NCBI GenBank assembly: GCA_938023735.1
Contig: CALJDK010000077.1
Coordinates: forward strand, 966-64,965
Source of the DNA: an uncultured Acidimicrobiales bacterium
GTDB lineage: Bacteria; Actinomycetota; Acidimicrobiia; Acidimicrobiales; SHLQ01
Direction: 5' to 3'
DNA length: 64,000 nt
Shown: one piece after another, positions 9,514-17,806 of the stretch
How the letters are laid out: every line of letters begins with the position of its first letter
Numbering within the stretch: the stretch's first letter is position 1
The notes under the pieces: generated by a model
The model's database searches: none
Told to the model about the DNA's origin: nothing
Seen by the model: only the letters and a program-made list of their open reading frames with translations
Made by a program: the position numbers and the translations under genes

Positions 9514-10368
9514 TCAGGGTGCGATCAGGTAGTCGGGCGGAAAGTCATCAGGTTGCCAACCTTCGAGCAGCTGTTTGCCGTCGAGAGTCCGCACGGGGAG
9601 GTTATGTCGTTTCAGGAACGACAGGCTGTATTCGATGAGCCCGGTGAAAACTGCCGGGTCACCCGAAAGCAGCGCCCAAGCCGACTCGGCCATCGCATCG
9701 AGTGGCTCGTTGGGATACTTCGACAGATCGACAAGTGCCGAGCTGCCCTCGGTGATAACCGAGGTGTCGGGCGACAAGCAGTTGAGTGATACGCCGGTGC
9801 CGAACAGTTCGGCGGCTGCACCCACGGTTGCTCGCTCCAACCATGCCTTCGAGCCGCCGTACGCGGTGGCCCCTTTGATCTGATCGGGCACCCTAAACGG
9901 AGGCCCGTGGGGCCTGATTGCGGTTTGCGACGTGAGGTTGAGCACCGACCCGCTCCCCCGTTCGACCATGGCCGGAATCACCTGCTGAGCAAGCAGCCAC
10001 GGCGCCGCAACGTTCACCCGGAACGACACTTCCATGCGCTTCCGAGGCATCTCGAGATAGCTAGGGTAGAACGCCGCGGCGGCATTGTTTACCAGGTAGT
10101 CGATAGAGCCCAGCTCGTTTTCTGTCTGGGCGATGACCGGCACCGGGTCGAAGTCGGGGTTCGATAGATCGGCCGCGATGGCGTGCGCAATCCCGCCTGC
10201 CTCCTGTATCTGTCGGACGGTGCCGGCGAGCGAACCATCGAGATGAGAATCGCCGTCAGCGAGTGTGCGCGCTACACAAGCGACAGCGCACCCTTCGGAC
10301 GCAAGACGTCGGGCAATAGCCGCGCCGATGCCGCGGCTCGCTCCAGTGACCACAGCAACGGGCATCAA
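9514..10368 (-). CDS. SDR family oxidoreductase
   Basis: TGASRGIG, LVNNAA, YGGSK. Confidence 0.9.
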   Translation of the reverse strand: MMPVAVVTGASRGIGAAIARRLASEGCAVACVARTLADGDSHLDGSLAGTVRQIQEAGGIAHAIAADLSNPDFDPVPVIAQTENELGSIDYLVNNAAAAFYPSYLEMPRKRMEVSFRVNVAAPWLLAQQVIPAMVERGSGSVLNLTSQTAIRPHGPPFRVPDQIKGATAYGGSKAWLERATVGAAAELFGTGVSLNCLSPDTSVITEGSSALVDLSKYPNEPLDAMAESAWALLSGDPAVFTGLIEYSLSFLKRHNLPVRTLDGKQLLEGWQPDDFPPDYLIAP

Positions 10369-10378
10369 AGCTCACCGG

Positions 10379-11593
10379 TCACGAGATGGTGGCCAACAAC
10401 TCGTCAACCTGCTCGCACATAAAGCCAATGTGATCGGCGTTAAGTGCATGGAACACTGGAAGCGACAATGCTCGGTCCATCATACGATCGCAGTTCGGCA
10501 GCCCTCCCTCGGGTTGGCGGTGTTCGATATTGGCGAACGCTGGTTGCCGCAGCACGTTGCCGGTCCAGACCATTCGAGTACTGATGCCTCGATCTTCGAG
10601 GAACTTCTGCACGTCGTTTCGGCCCATGGCAAAGTCGTCGTCGAGGGTGAAACAGAAGCGCATCCAGGTGGTGTCGGTTTCGGGAGTGGTGTCACCTGCT
10701 GTCATGCCCTCTCTGGCCGCGAAGAAGTCGTTGAACTTGCTCCAGTTGGCCTGACGTTGGGCATTGAAGCCAGGAAGCTTGTCCATTTGCACCAGTCCGT
10801 AGGCCGCGCTCAGTTCGTTGGGCTCAAAGTTGTAGCCAATGTGGTCGAACACGAAGATCAGATCGTAGGGCGTGCCATCGGCGAGCTGGCCAAAGCGTTC
10901 GAGCTTGCCGTCCTCGCGCTTCTTTTTGTCGGAGCCGAACAGGAACCGCTCGGACTGGCGACCCCATCGACGAAGCGAGAGCGCCTCGTCGAACAGGTCC
11001 GGATCGTCGACGCCCACCAGCCCGCCGGTGCCACCGGCGGTCATCGCATGTGAACGGGCAAAGCTGGTGATGGAAATGTCGCTGCGAGTACCGGTTCGAG
11101 TGCCCCGCTGGTAGCTGTCGAGTACATCGGCAGAATCCTCGACCACCATCAGGCCGTGCTTGTCGGCAATTGTGCGAATCGCGTCCCAGTCGGGGCAGTT
11201 GCCACACAGGTTCGGCACCAGGATGGCCTTGGTTCGCGGCCCGATCATCGACTCGATCTGGTCGACGTCGATTTGGTACGTGTTGGGTGTGATGTCGGCA
11301 AACACCGGCACGATGCCCGATTGCACCATGGGCGCAATGTCGGTTGAGAAGCACAACGGCGAGGTGATGATCTCGTCGCCGCGTTCGAGATGCAGCAGGT
11401 CGATGGCGATTCGCAGAGCTGACGAACCAGAGTTCACCATCATGCCGTGCTTCTTCGAAAGGTACTCGGCGGTGCGACGCTCGAGCGTTTCGGTGGCCTC
11501 CCCGATCTCGAGGAGTGGGTTGTCGCGCATGACGGCCACGACAGCCTCGATTTCTCGCTCGTCGCCAATTGCCCCTGACTTCGGAAGTTCCAT
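10379..11593 (-). CDS. DegT/DnrJ/EryC1/StrS family PLP/PMP enzyme, His-type (RfbH/ColD-like dehydratase subgroup)
   Basis: VNSGSSA, PVFADI, VVEDSAD, TSFARSHAMTAGGTGG (His at the usual Schiff-base Lys), IGYNF; start placed at ATG 11593 (track ORF extends to 11614). Confidence 0.85.
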   Translation of the reverse strand: MELPKSGAIGDEREIEAVVAVMRDNPLLEIGEATETLERRTAEYLSKKHGMMVNSGSSALRIAIDLLHLERGDEIITSPLCFSTDIAPMVQSGIVPVFADITPNTYQIDVDQIESMIGPRTKAILVPNLCGNCPDWDAIRTIADKHGLMVVEDSADVLDSYQRGTRTGTRSDISITSFARSHAMTAGGTGGLVGVDDPDLFDEALSLRRWGRQSERFLFGSDKKKREDGKLERFGQLADGTPYDLIFVFDHIGYNFEPNELSAAYGLVQMDKLPGFNAQRQANWSKFNDFFAAREGMTAGDTTPETDTTWMRFCFTLDDDFAMGRNDVQKFLEDRGISTRMVWTGNVLRQPAFANIEHRQPEGGLPNCDRMMDRALSLPVFHALNADHIGFMCEQVDELLATIS

Positions 11594-11604
11594 GCCGGCG
11601 AACC

Positions 11605-11647
11605 TAGCACTCAACTATTGATCGTAGTTAGTGCCTACGCGGCATCG
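11605..11647. promoter_or_regulatory. Putative operator copy 3 (TAG-N7-CTA-N7-TAG-N7-CTA-N7-TCG) in the DegT/TetR divergent promoter
   Basis: GCACTCAACTA-TTGATCG-TAGTTAGTGC imperfect palindrome at 11607-11634; CTA 11615, TAG 11625, CTA 11635, TCG 11645. Confidence 0.7.
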
Positions 11648-11663
11648 CATCTACCCTACGGAT

Positions 11664-12230
11664 GTGGCTACCACCAGCAGGCGACTCTCCCGCCAGACCA
11701 TTGTTGACATTGCGGTTGAGATTGCCGACCAACGGGGTCTCGCGGCGGTCACACTCGCCAACGTAGCCAGCGAGGCCGGCTGCAAAGCCCCGTCGCTCTA
11801 CAACCATGTCGATGGCCTCGATGACCTCCTCGACGATCTCTGTCTGTTCACCACAGCCGATTTTGCCAACGCACTCCGCGACTCGGTGGTGGCCAAAGTC
11901 GGACGCGATGCGTTGTCGTCGTACGCCAATGCGTGGCGGTCCTATGTGCTCGACTACCCCGGCCGCTATCAGGCCACCCTCCGGCTCATGCCCGGGCGCC
12001 GCGACGAACACCTCGCTGCGGCGATGGGCATGACCATCCCGGCCGGGTCGATGCTTGCCACCCTGGGTATTCCCGATCACCGTCTCGACGACGCTGGTCG
12101 AGCACTCCGAAGTGGCCTGCACGGATTCTCACACCTCGAACTCGCCAACAACATCGGCCCCGACCCGGCCTCGAGTTTCGACGCGGTCGTCGAGGTGCTC
12201 ACGTCGGGGCTTCTCTCACTCGCCGACTAG
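11664..12230 (+). CDS. TetR/AcrR family transcriptional regulator (WHG-like C-terminal domain)
   Basis: LSRQTIVDIAVEIADQRGLAAVTLANVASEAGCKAPSLYNH HTH; RSGLHGFSHLE; start at GTG 11664 (or 11631). Confidence 0.9.
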   Translation: MATTSRRLSRQTIVDIAVEIADQRGLAAVTLANVASEAGCKAPSLYNHVDGLDDLLDDLCLFTTADFANALRDSVVAKVGRDALSSYANAWRSYVLDYPGRYQATLRLMPGRRDEHLAAAMGMTIPAGSMLATLGIPDHRLDDAGRALRSGLHGFSHLELANNIGPDPASSFDAVVEVLTSGLLSLAD

Positions 12231-12290
12231 TGCGGTAGTCGCGTTCGGAACCCGTTTGCGTTTGAACCAGGCCGGTGCGCAAGGCACGAT

Positions 12291-13907
12291 GTGACCATGA
12301 TCACAAGCACGATGCAGGCCGACGACCTTTCGATCACCCACATTTTTCAGCATGGCCGCAAGATCCATGCCGACTCGGAGATCCTGACCTACAACGGGCC
12401 GGACGAACCGATTCATTCGATGACCTTCGCCGAGATCGGCGATCGAGTCGACCAACTCGCCGCGGCCCTCAGCAAGCTGGGGGTGAACGTTGGGGATCGA
12501 GTCGGAACGTTTATGTGGAACAACCATCGCCATATGGAGGCCTACCTGGCTATCCCGTGCATGGGCGCTGTTCTGCACACCCTCAATATCCGGCTCTTTC
12601 CCGAGCAACTGGCCTACGTCATCAACCACGCCGAAGACAAGGTCATCATCGTCGACGCCAGCATCGCTCCCCTGCTGGCCAAGGTTCGCGAGCAACTCAC
12701 CACGGTCGAACACATCATCGTGTGCGGCGAGGGCGACACCTCGGGTCTCGGTGCGACCGTCGACTACGAAGAGCTTCTCGCCGCCGAAGAGCCCGGGTAC
12801 GACTACCCCATCGTTGACGAACGCTCGGCCGCCGCCATGTGTTACACCAGCGGCACCACCGGCAACCCCAAAGGTGTGGCGTACTCGCATCGGTCAACCT
12901 GGATTCACTCGCTTGCCGTCACCTCGTCGCAGACGCTGTCGGTCAACGAAGACGAGCGGATCCTGCTCATCGTGCCGCAGTTCCACGCCAACGCCTGGGG
13001 AATGCCCTACGCCGCCTGGTGGGTCGGCTGCGATCTGGTAATGCCCCAGCAGTTTCTGCAGGCCGGTCCCGTGGCCGACATCATCGAGGCCACCCGGCCC
13101 ACCATTTCCGGCGCCGTTCCCACCGTGCTGGCCGACCTGCTGCACAACCGGCCCGATGCCGACCTGAGCTCGATCCGCTACATCGTGTGCGGCGGATCAG
13201 CCGTTCCTCGAAGCCTGATGGAATCCTACGACGAGGTATTCGACACCGAAGTCGTGCAGGCATGGGGCATGACCGAAACCAGCCCGCTCGGTGCAATCGC
13301 CCGGGTACCCCGAACCAACTCTGGCGATCCGTTCGACTACCGGGTCAAGACGGGCCGGGTACTCCCCGGCGTCGAGATTCGCATCTGCGCCGACGACGGC
13401 TCGGTACTGCCCTGGGATGGCGATGCAGTTGGCGAAATCGAGATTCGTGGCCCGTGGATCACCGGCGCCTACTACCTCGACCCAACCGAAGAGAAGTTCC
13501 ACGATGGCTGGCTTCGAACCGGCGACGTCGGTGCCATCGACAAAGAAGGGTTCATACAGATCACCGACCGAGCCAAAGACGTCATCAAATCGGGCGGCGA
13601 GTGGATCAGCTCTGTCGACCTGGAGAACGAACTCATGGGCCATCCCGCCGTCCGCGAAGCAGCGGTAGTTGGCGTACCCGACGACCGTTGGGATGAGCGA
13701 CCGTTGGCATGCATCGTGCTCAACGAAGATGGCAGCGCAACGGTTGACGACCTTTCGGCCTACCTCACCGACCGGGTCGCGAAGTGGTGGCTCCCCGAAC
13801 GCTGGACCTTTATCGACGAGATCCCCAAGACGTCAGTCGGAAAATTCTCGAAGAAGGATCTGCGGGCGTCCTACGCGTCGGGTGAGCTTGAGGTCGAGAC
13901 GATATAG
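12291..13907 (+). CDS. Medium/long-chain fatty acid--CoA ligase (AlkK/DmdB-like)
   Basis: [49 protein letters not shown]. Confidence 0.92.
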   Translation: MTMITSTMQADDLSITHIFQHGRKIHADSEILTYNGPDEPIHSMTFAEIGDRVDQLAAALSKLGVNVGDRVGTFMWNNHRHMEAYLAIPCMGAVLHTLNIRLFPEQLAYVINHAEDKVIIVDASIAPLLAKVREQLTTVEHIIVCGEGDTSGLGATVDYEELLAAEEPGYDYPIVDERSAAAMCYTSGTTGNPKGVAYSHRSTWIHSLAVTSSQTLSVNEDERILLIVPQFHANAWGMPYAAWWVGCDLVMPQQFLQAGPVADIIEATRPTISGAVPTVLADLLHNRPDADLSSIRYIVCGGSAVPRSLMESYDEVFDTEVVQAWGMTETSPLGAIARVPRTNSGDPFDYRVKTGRVLPGVEIRICADDGSVLPWDGDAVGEIEIRGPWITGAYYLDPTEEKFHDGWLRTGDVGAIDKEGFIQITDRAKDVIKSGGEWISSVDLENELMGHPAVREAAVVGVPDDRWDERPLACIVLNEDGSATVDDLSAYLTDRVAKWWLPERWTFIDEIPKTSVGKFSKKDLRASYASGELEVETI

Positions 13908-13923
13908 CGGTGGCGCCGGTCGG

Positions 13924-14268
13924 CTAGCCCCAACCGAGTTCGTGGAGGCGGTCGTCGTCGATGCCGAAGTGATGGGCGATCTCGTGCACCACGGTTATTC
14001 GAACCTCGTCGACCACGTCGTCGCTCGACACGCAGTCCTCACAGATCGGTAGACGATAGATCGTGACCCGGTCGGGTAACTCGAAACCGCCATACATGTC
14101 GCGCTCGGTGAGCGGGATGCCTTCGTAGAGACCAAACAGATCTTCGGTTGGGTGACGATCCTCGATCACCACCACCACGTTGTCCATCAATTCGAGCAGC
14201 GCGGGTGGCATATCGTCAAGCGCGTTTACCACCAGAGTCTCGAAGTCGTCCTCGGAGATCTCGATCAC
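13924..14268 (-). CDS. Zincin-like metallopeptidase (DUF1025/Zincin_1 type)
   Basis: LFGLYEGIPLTER, LPDRVTIYR, VVHEIAHHFGIDDDRLHELG. Confidence 0.9.
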   Translation of the reverse strand: MIEISEDDFETLVVNALDDMPPALLELMDNVVVVIEDRHPTEDLFGLYEGIPLTERDMYGGFELPDRVTIYRLPICEDCVSSDDVVDEVRITVVHEIAHHFGIDDDRLHELGWG

Positions 14269-14279
14269 AGACTGCTCGA

Positions 14280-15149
14280 CTACAGGGAGATATCGAGCCC
14301 AAAGAGCTCCTGGAAGCGTTGGGCGTACTCGGCGTCGTCGGCGATTGCGCCCATCGCAACCCAGTCTTCATCGGACACGTTGGGGCGATTGGCGCAGATT
14401 TGGGGGCCGCCCCAGCCGCAGCTCCAGCGAAGCCGGTATTCATCGGTGGTCACGGCTTCGTAGATTACGTCGGCAACCTCCGATGGCTGGCCGGGGTTGT
14501 GCAGGCCGGCCATATAGAAGCCGAGCATTCGCCGGTTTGGGGTGTCGTATGCTCCGGACTCGTTTGGCGCTCCGGCGTTCTTTGCCATGATCGCAGTCTT
14601 GACGACTCCGGGCTCGATGATGACCACTCGGATACCAAAGGGAGCGAGTTCTTGGGCGAGTCCCTCGCTGAGTCCCTCAACCGCCCACTTCGAGGTCACA
14701 TACGACGACTGCGCAATTGCGGCGACGCGGCCGGCCACCGACGACACGTTGACGATCGTGCCGCTCCCTCGGCTTCGCATTTGGGGCAACACGGCCTGCA
14801 CACAACGCACGATTCCGGTGACGTTTACATTGAAGACATCGTTGTAGGTCTCGACCGGGGTCTCCTCGACCACCCCGTTGCCGCCAATGCCCGCGTTGTT
14901 CACCAGTACGTCGATTTGGCCCGCATCGTCAAGCACCTCGGCCATTGCTCGATTCACCGACTCGGTGTCGGCGACATCGCAGATGACCGGATGCACCGTG
15001 ACCCCGGCCTCGTCAGCCATCGCGGCCAGTTTGGTGCCCTTATCGAGCGACCGCATGGTGCCGTACACCGTCCAGCCTTTGGCGGCCAGATCGACGGCGG
15101 CCGACCGGCCGATTCCCGAGTTTGAACCTGTTACGACAGCGACATCCAT
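14280..15149 (-). CDS. SDR family oxidoreductase (17-beta-HSD-like class)
   Basis: TGSNSGIG, LVNNAG, YVTSK, IEPG. Confidence 0.9.
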   Translation of the reverse strand: MDVAVVTGSNSGIGRSAAVDLAAKGWTVYGTMRSLDKGTKLAAMADEAGVTVHPVICDVADTESVNRAMAEVLDDAGQIDVLVNNAGIGGNGVVEETPVETYNDVFNVNVTGIVRCVQAVLPQMRSRGSGTIVNVSSVAGRVAAIAQSSYVTSKWAVEGLSEGLAQELAPFGIRVVIIEPGVVKTAIMAKNAGAPNESGAYDTPNRRMLGFYMAGLHNPGQPSEVADVIYEAVTTDEYRLRWSCGWGGPQICANRPNVSDEDWVAMGAIADDAEYAQRFQELFGLDISL

Positions 15150-15163
15150 CCGCTGACCGTACT

Positions 15164-15955
15164 TCAGCGAACGACGTACCGAGACATCTCTCGGCGCTGC
15201 GGAAAGTGGTCTCCGACCGCCCGATGTTGGGTGGACTGCTCATCCCACACCACAAACTGACCCTCGGTCCAGGTGTGGCGATACTGGCATGCCATCGAGT
15301 CGATGTGTTCATACAGACGTGCCAGCAGCGCATCGCTTTCGGCCCGCTCCATGCCCACGATATGGCTGGTGAAACCCGAGTTCACGTTGAGGTACGGCTC
15401 GCCAGAAGTGCGGTGTTTCGCTACTACCGCGCGCTCGACACCGGGGTAGGCCGCTCGAGTCTCGGCAACCAACTCGTCGCTGGTCTTTGAAGCGAACGCG
15501 GTTCCGGGCCCCATGTCGTGGATTGCGGTGAGTCCTTCGACGGCGGCTCGGAGATCATCGGGCAGCGTTTGATACGCCACGTGCATGTTGGCCCATACCG
15601 TGTTGCCACCGGTGGCCGGCATTTCTATGGCGCGCAGACTGCCGATCATTGGAGGTTCAGGGTCCCACGTGACGTCGGTGTGCCAGTGATCCTGGTACGG
15701 CGGGTGTTCGGCGTCGTCGACGATGTGACTGCACCGGGTAGCCGTAACGCCCATCATCTTGGCCAGCGGGTGGATGTAGCTGCTGCCCATTTTGTCGAGT
15801 AGCGCCTGCTGCCGATCGTCGTCGAGGTCGGTGGGATCAAAGAACACCACATGATGCTCGGCAAGCAGTTCGGCGATGGCCTCGGCACCCAACTCGTCAG
15901 GCACGGCTCCGGCAATGTGGGCGCCAAGTTGATCGATGAGCGGGCGAACATCCAT
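15164..15955 (-). CDS. TauD/TfdA family Fe(II)/2OG dioxygenase
   Basis: WHTDVTW, GGNTVWANM, WDEQSTQHRA, REMSR. Confidence 0.9.
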   Translation of the reverse strand: MDVRPLIDQLGAHIAGAVPDELGAEAIAELLAEHHVVFFDPTDLDDDRQQALLDKMGSSYIHPLAKMMGVTATRCSHIVDDAEHPPYQDHWHTDVTWDPEPPMIGSLRAIEMPATGGNTVWANMHVAYQTLPDDLRAAVEGLTAIHDMGPGTAFASKTSDELVAETRAAYPGVERAVVAKHRTSGEPYLNVNSGFTSHIVGMERAESDALLARLYEHIDSMACQYRHTWTEGQFVVWDEQSTQHRAVGDHFPQRREMSRYVVR

Positions 15956-15990
15956 GGCTTAACGATACTGGAATCGGCGTTGCGAATGAG

Positions 15991-16018
15991 AAAAGGGAGG
16001 GCCATACGCCCTCCTCCC
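15991..16018 (-). terminator. Rho-independent terminator downstream of the Fic gene
   Basis: Minus strand reads GGAGGGC-GTATG-GCCCTCC then CTTTT, just after the Fic stop codon. Confidence 0.65.
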
Positions 16019-16025
16019 AGTGGCC

Positions 16026-17207
16026 TCAGGTGCGGCGACCGGCCCGCTCGGCGAAGTCATCGAGTGCCGCCAATACTGCGTCGGCCTGCCACACCCGGTT
16101 TCTCGAGTATCCGCTGGTCTCGGTGAGTACCCCGCCCTCGACCAGTTTGTCGATGGCGCGCAAAGCCGTTGGCGCAGGCACGCCCAGGAGTCGTTGGATC
16201 GTTGGGCTATCGATGACGGGCAGCCGCAACAACAAGTCGGCCACTTTCCAGACACCAGCATCGGAGCGGGCGGTGATGTGCGTCGACCAGGCTGACCGGG
16301 CCTCCGAAAGCGACTCCGACAGTCGAGTTGCGTTGCTGATTGCAACGAACGAAGCGTTGGCGACTGCCTCGACGATGGGATCGGGGTCGCCGCTCCGGAA
16401 CGCCCCAAGCGCTTCGAAATACTGGTCGGTGTCGGCCAACAAGCCAGCCGACACTGGCACCGTGACGTTTTCGATGAGTCCCTTTGCCCGAAGCATTGCG
16501 TGCATCAGAGCGCGCCCTGTACGTCCGTTGCCGTCGGGGAACGGGTGGATCGTCTCGAATTGGGCATGCGCGATGGCCACGTGGGCCAGCACCGCAAAGT
16601 GATCGTTGTCGATGAACGACATCAGGTCGGTCATAGCGTCGGGCACGCGGTCGTGGTGCGGCGGCACGAAGTCAGCCCGGTGCGGTCCAAAACGGGTGCC
16701 GCCGATCCAGACCTGTTCGTCGCGCCAGCGGCCAACAATGTTCGGAGCGGAGTCCTCGAGAAGCGCCGCGTGGGTATCGAGTATCGCCTGAGTATCCAGG
16801 TTGTCTGCCAGCGCGATGGCCGCCTCCATGGCCCGAGTGTTGGCCACAATGATCCGAGCATTCGGCGACCGACCAGCGTCGAGTTCGGCTAACGCGATGG
16901 CGCGAGCCGACGCGGTGAGGTTTTCGATCTGGCTCGATGCCGCAGACTCCGATCGGAGCAGCAGCGCCGAGAACGGCAGAATCGCCGCAGAATCGGCATC
17001 GAAGCGCACAATCGCTGCACTGGCATCGTCGACTAACGCAAGGGTCTCGGGCGAGAGCCCTAGCGAGGTGGCGGGAGCCAGTTGTGCGGGAATCGCAGCC
17101 TGATATGGTCCCGCGTGCTGGCGGCGCTGCGACCGCGACATCATGGTCGGGGCGCCAAGAGTCCACTCGCGCTGCTCAGAGCCGACTTCAGTGGAAACCA
17201 CAACCAT
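16026..17207 (-). CDS. Fic family protein (class II-like, with C-terminal HTH)
   Basis: Canonical HPFPDGNGRTGR; N-terminal SSQIEN inhibitory (S/T)xxxE(G/N) motif; C-terminal wHTH-like segment. Confidence 0.92.
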   Translation of the reverse strand: MVVVSTEVGSEQREWTLGAPTMMSRSQRRQHAGPYQAAIPAQLAPATSLGLSPETLALVDDASAAIVRFDADSAAILPFSALLLRSESAASSQIENLTASARAIALAELDAGRSPNARIIVANTRAMEAAIALADNLDTQAILDTHAALLEDSAPNIVGRWRDEQVWIGGTRFGPHRADFVPPHHDRVPDAMTDLMSFIDNDHFAVLAHVAIAHAQFETIHPFPDGNGRTGRALMHAMLRAKGLIENVTVPVSAGLLADTDQYFEALGAFRSGDPDPIVEAVANASFVAISNATRLSESLSEARSAWSTHITARSDAGVWKVADLLLRLPVIDSPTIQRLLGVPAPTALRAIDKLVEGGVLTETSGYSRNRVWQADAVLAALDDFAERAGRRT

Positions 17208-17214
17208 GAAGGGT

Positions 17215-17248
17215 TATAGTAACACTTAATCCGCTAAGTGCAACTATA
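17215..17248. promoter_or_regulatory. AT-rich 14-bp inverted repeat directly upstream of the Fic start
   Basis: TATAGTAACACTTA-ATCCGC-TAAGTGCAACTATA, 12 of 14 positions paired. Confidence 0.55.
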
Positions 17249-17278
17249 GGCCTATCGTCTTTGCGCTAGTCTCGCACG

Positions 17279-17731
17279 ATGCCCGCTCAGAGTTCAGGCC
17301 TTTTGCTTTTCCGGGACGCTACCGAGGTACTCATCGGCCACATGGGCGGCCCGTTCTGGGCAAACAAAGAAGAACACGCCTGGTCGATCCCCAAAGGGCT
17401 CCACGACGACGACGAAACCAGCGCGCTCGCCGTTGCCGAACGTGAATTTGCCGAAGAGATGGGCTCCACTGCGCCGCCGGGCGAGAGCATCGACCTCGGG
17501 TCCACAACGTCGGGGCGAAAGGTCATCACCATCTTCGCCCGCCGCGGCGACTTCGACGCCGAGGCCGCCGTAAGCAATACGTTCCCACTCGAGTGGCCTC
17601 GCGGCTCAGGAATCATGATCGATGTCCCCGAAATTGACAGAGCCGCATGGGTCAAAATCGACGACGCAAGACGACTCCTCGTCAAGAGCCAAGCAATCTT
17701 CCTCGATCGACTCGCCCAACACCTCAACTGA
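17279..17731 (+). CDS. NUDIX domain protein
   Basis: GHMGGPFW, WSIPKG...AEREFAEEMG, EWP, PEIDRAAW. Confidence 0.88.
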   Translation: MPAQSSGLLLFRDATEVLIGHMGGPFWANKEEHAWSIPKGLHDDDETSALAVAEREFAEEMGSTAPPGESIDLGSTTSGRKVITIFARRGDFDAEAAVSNTFPLEWPRGSGIMIDVPEIDRAAWVKIDDARRLLVKSQAIFLDRLAQHLN

Positions 17732-17798
17732 CACCAGTAACGCGACACTCGTGTCTGACACCTGTGTCGCGACACTCGTGTCTGACACCAGTGTCGCG
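17728..17798. repeat. REP-like palindromic repeat cluster: two overlapping 31-nt units plus a partial unit
   Basis: CGCGACACTCGTGTCTGACACC(T/A)GTGTCGCG at 17741-17771 and 17768-17798; partial CTGACACCAGT at 17728 overlaps the NUDIX stop; lies between convergent genes. Confidence 0.85.
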
Positions 17799-17806
17799 TG
17801 TCGGAG

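Noticed and set aside
16026..17207. Fic/Doc toxin-antitoxin pair or mobile element
   Set aside because: No small antitoxin ORF upstream, the inhibitory motif is in cis, and no integrase, transposase or flanking direct repeats were found.
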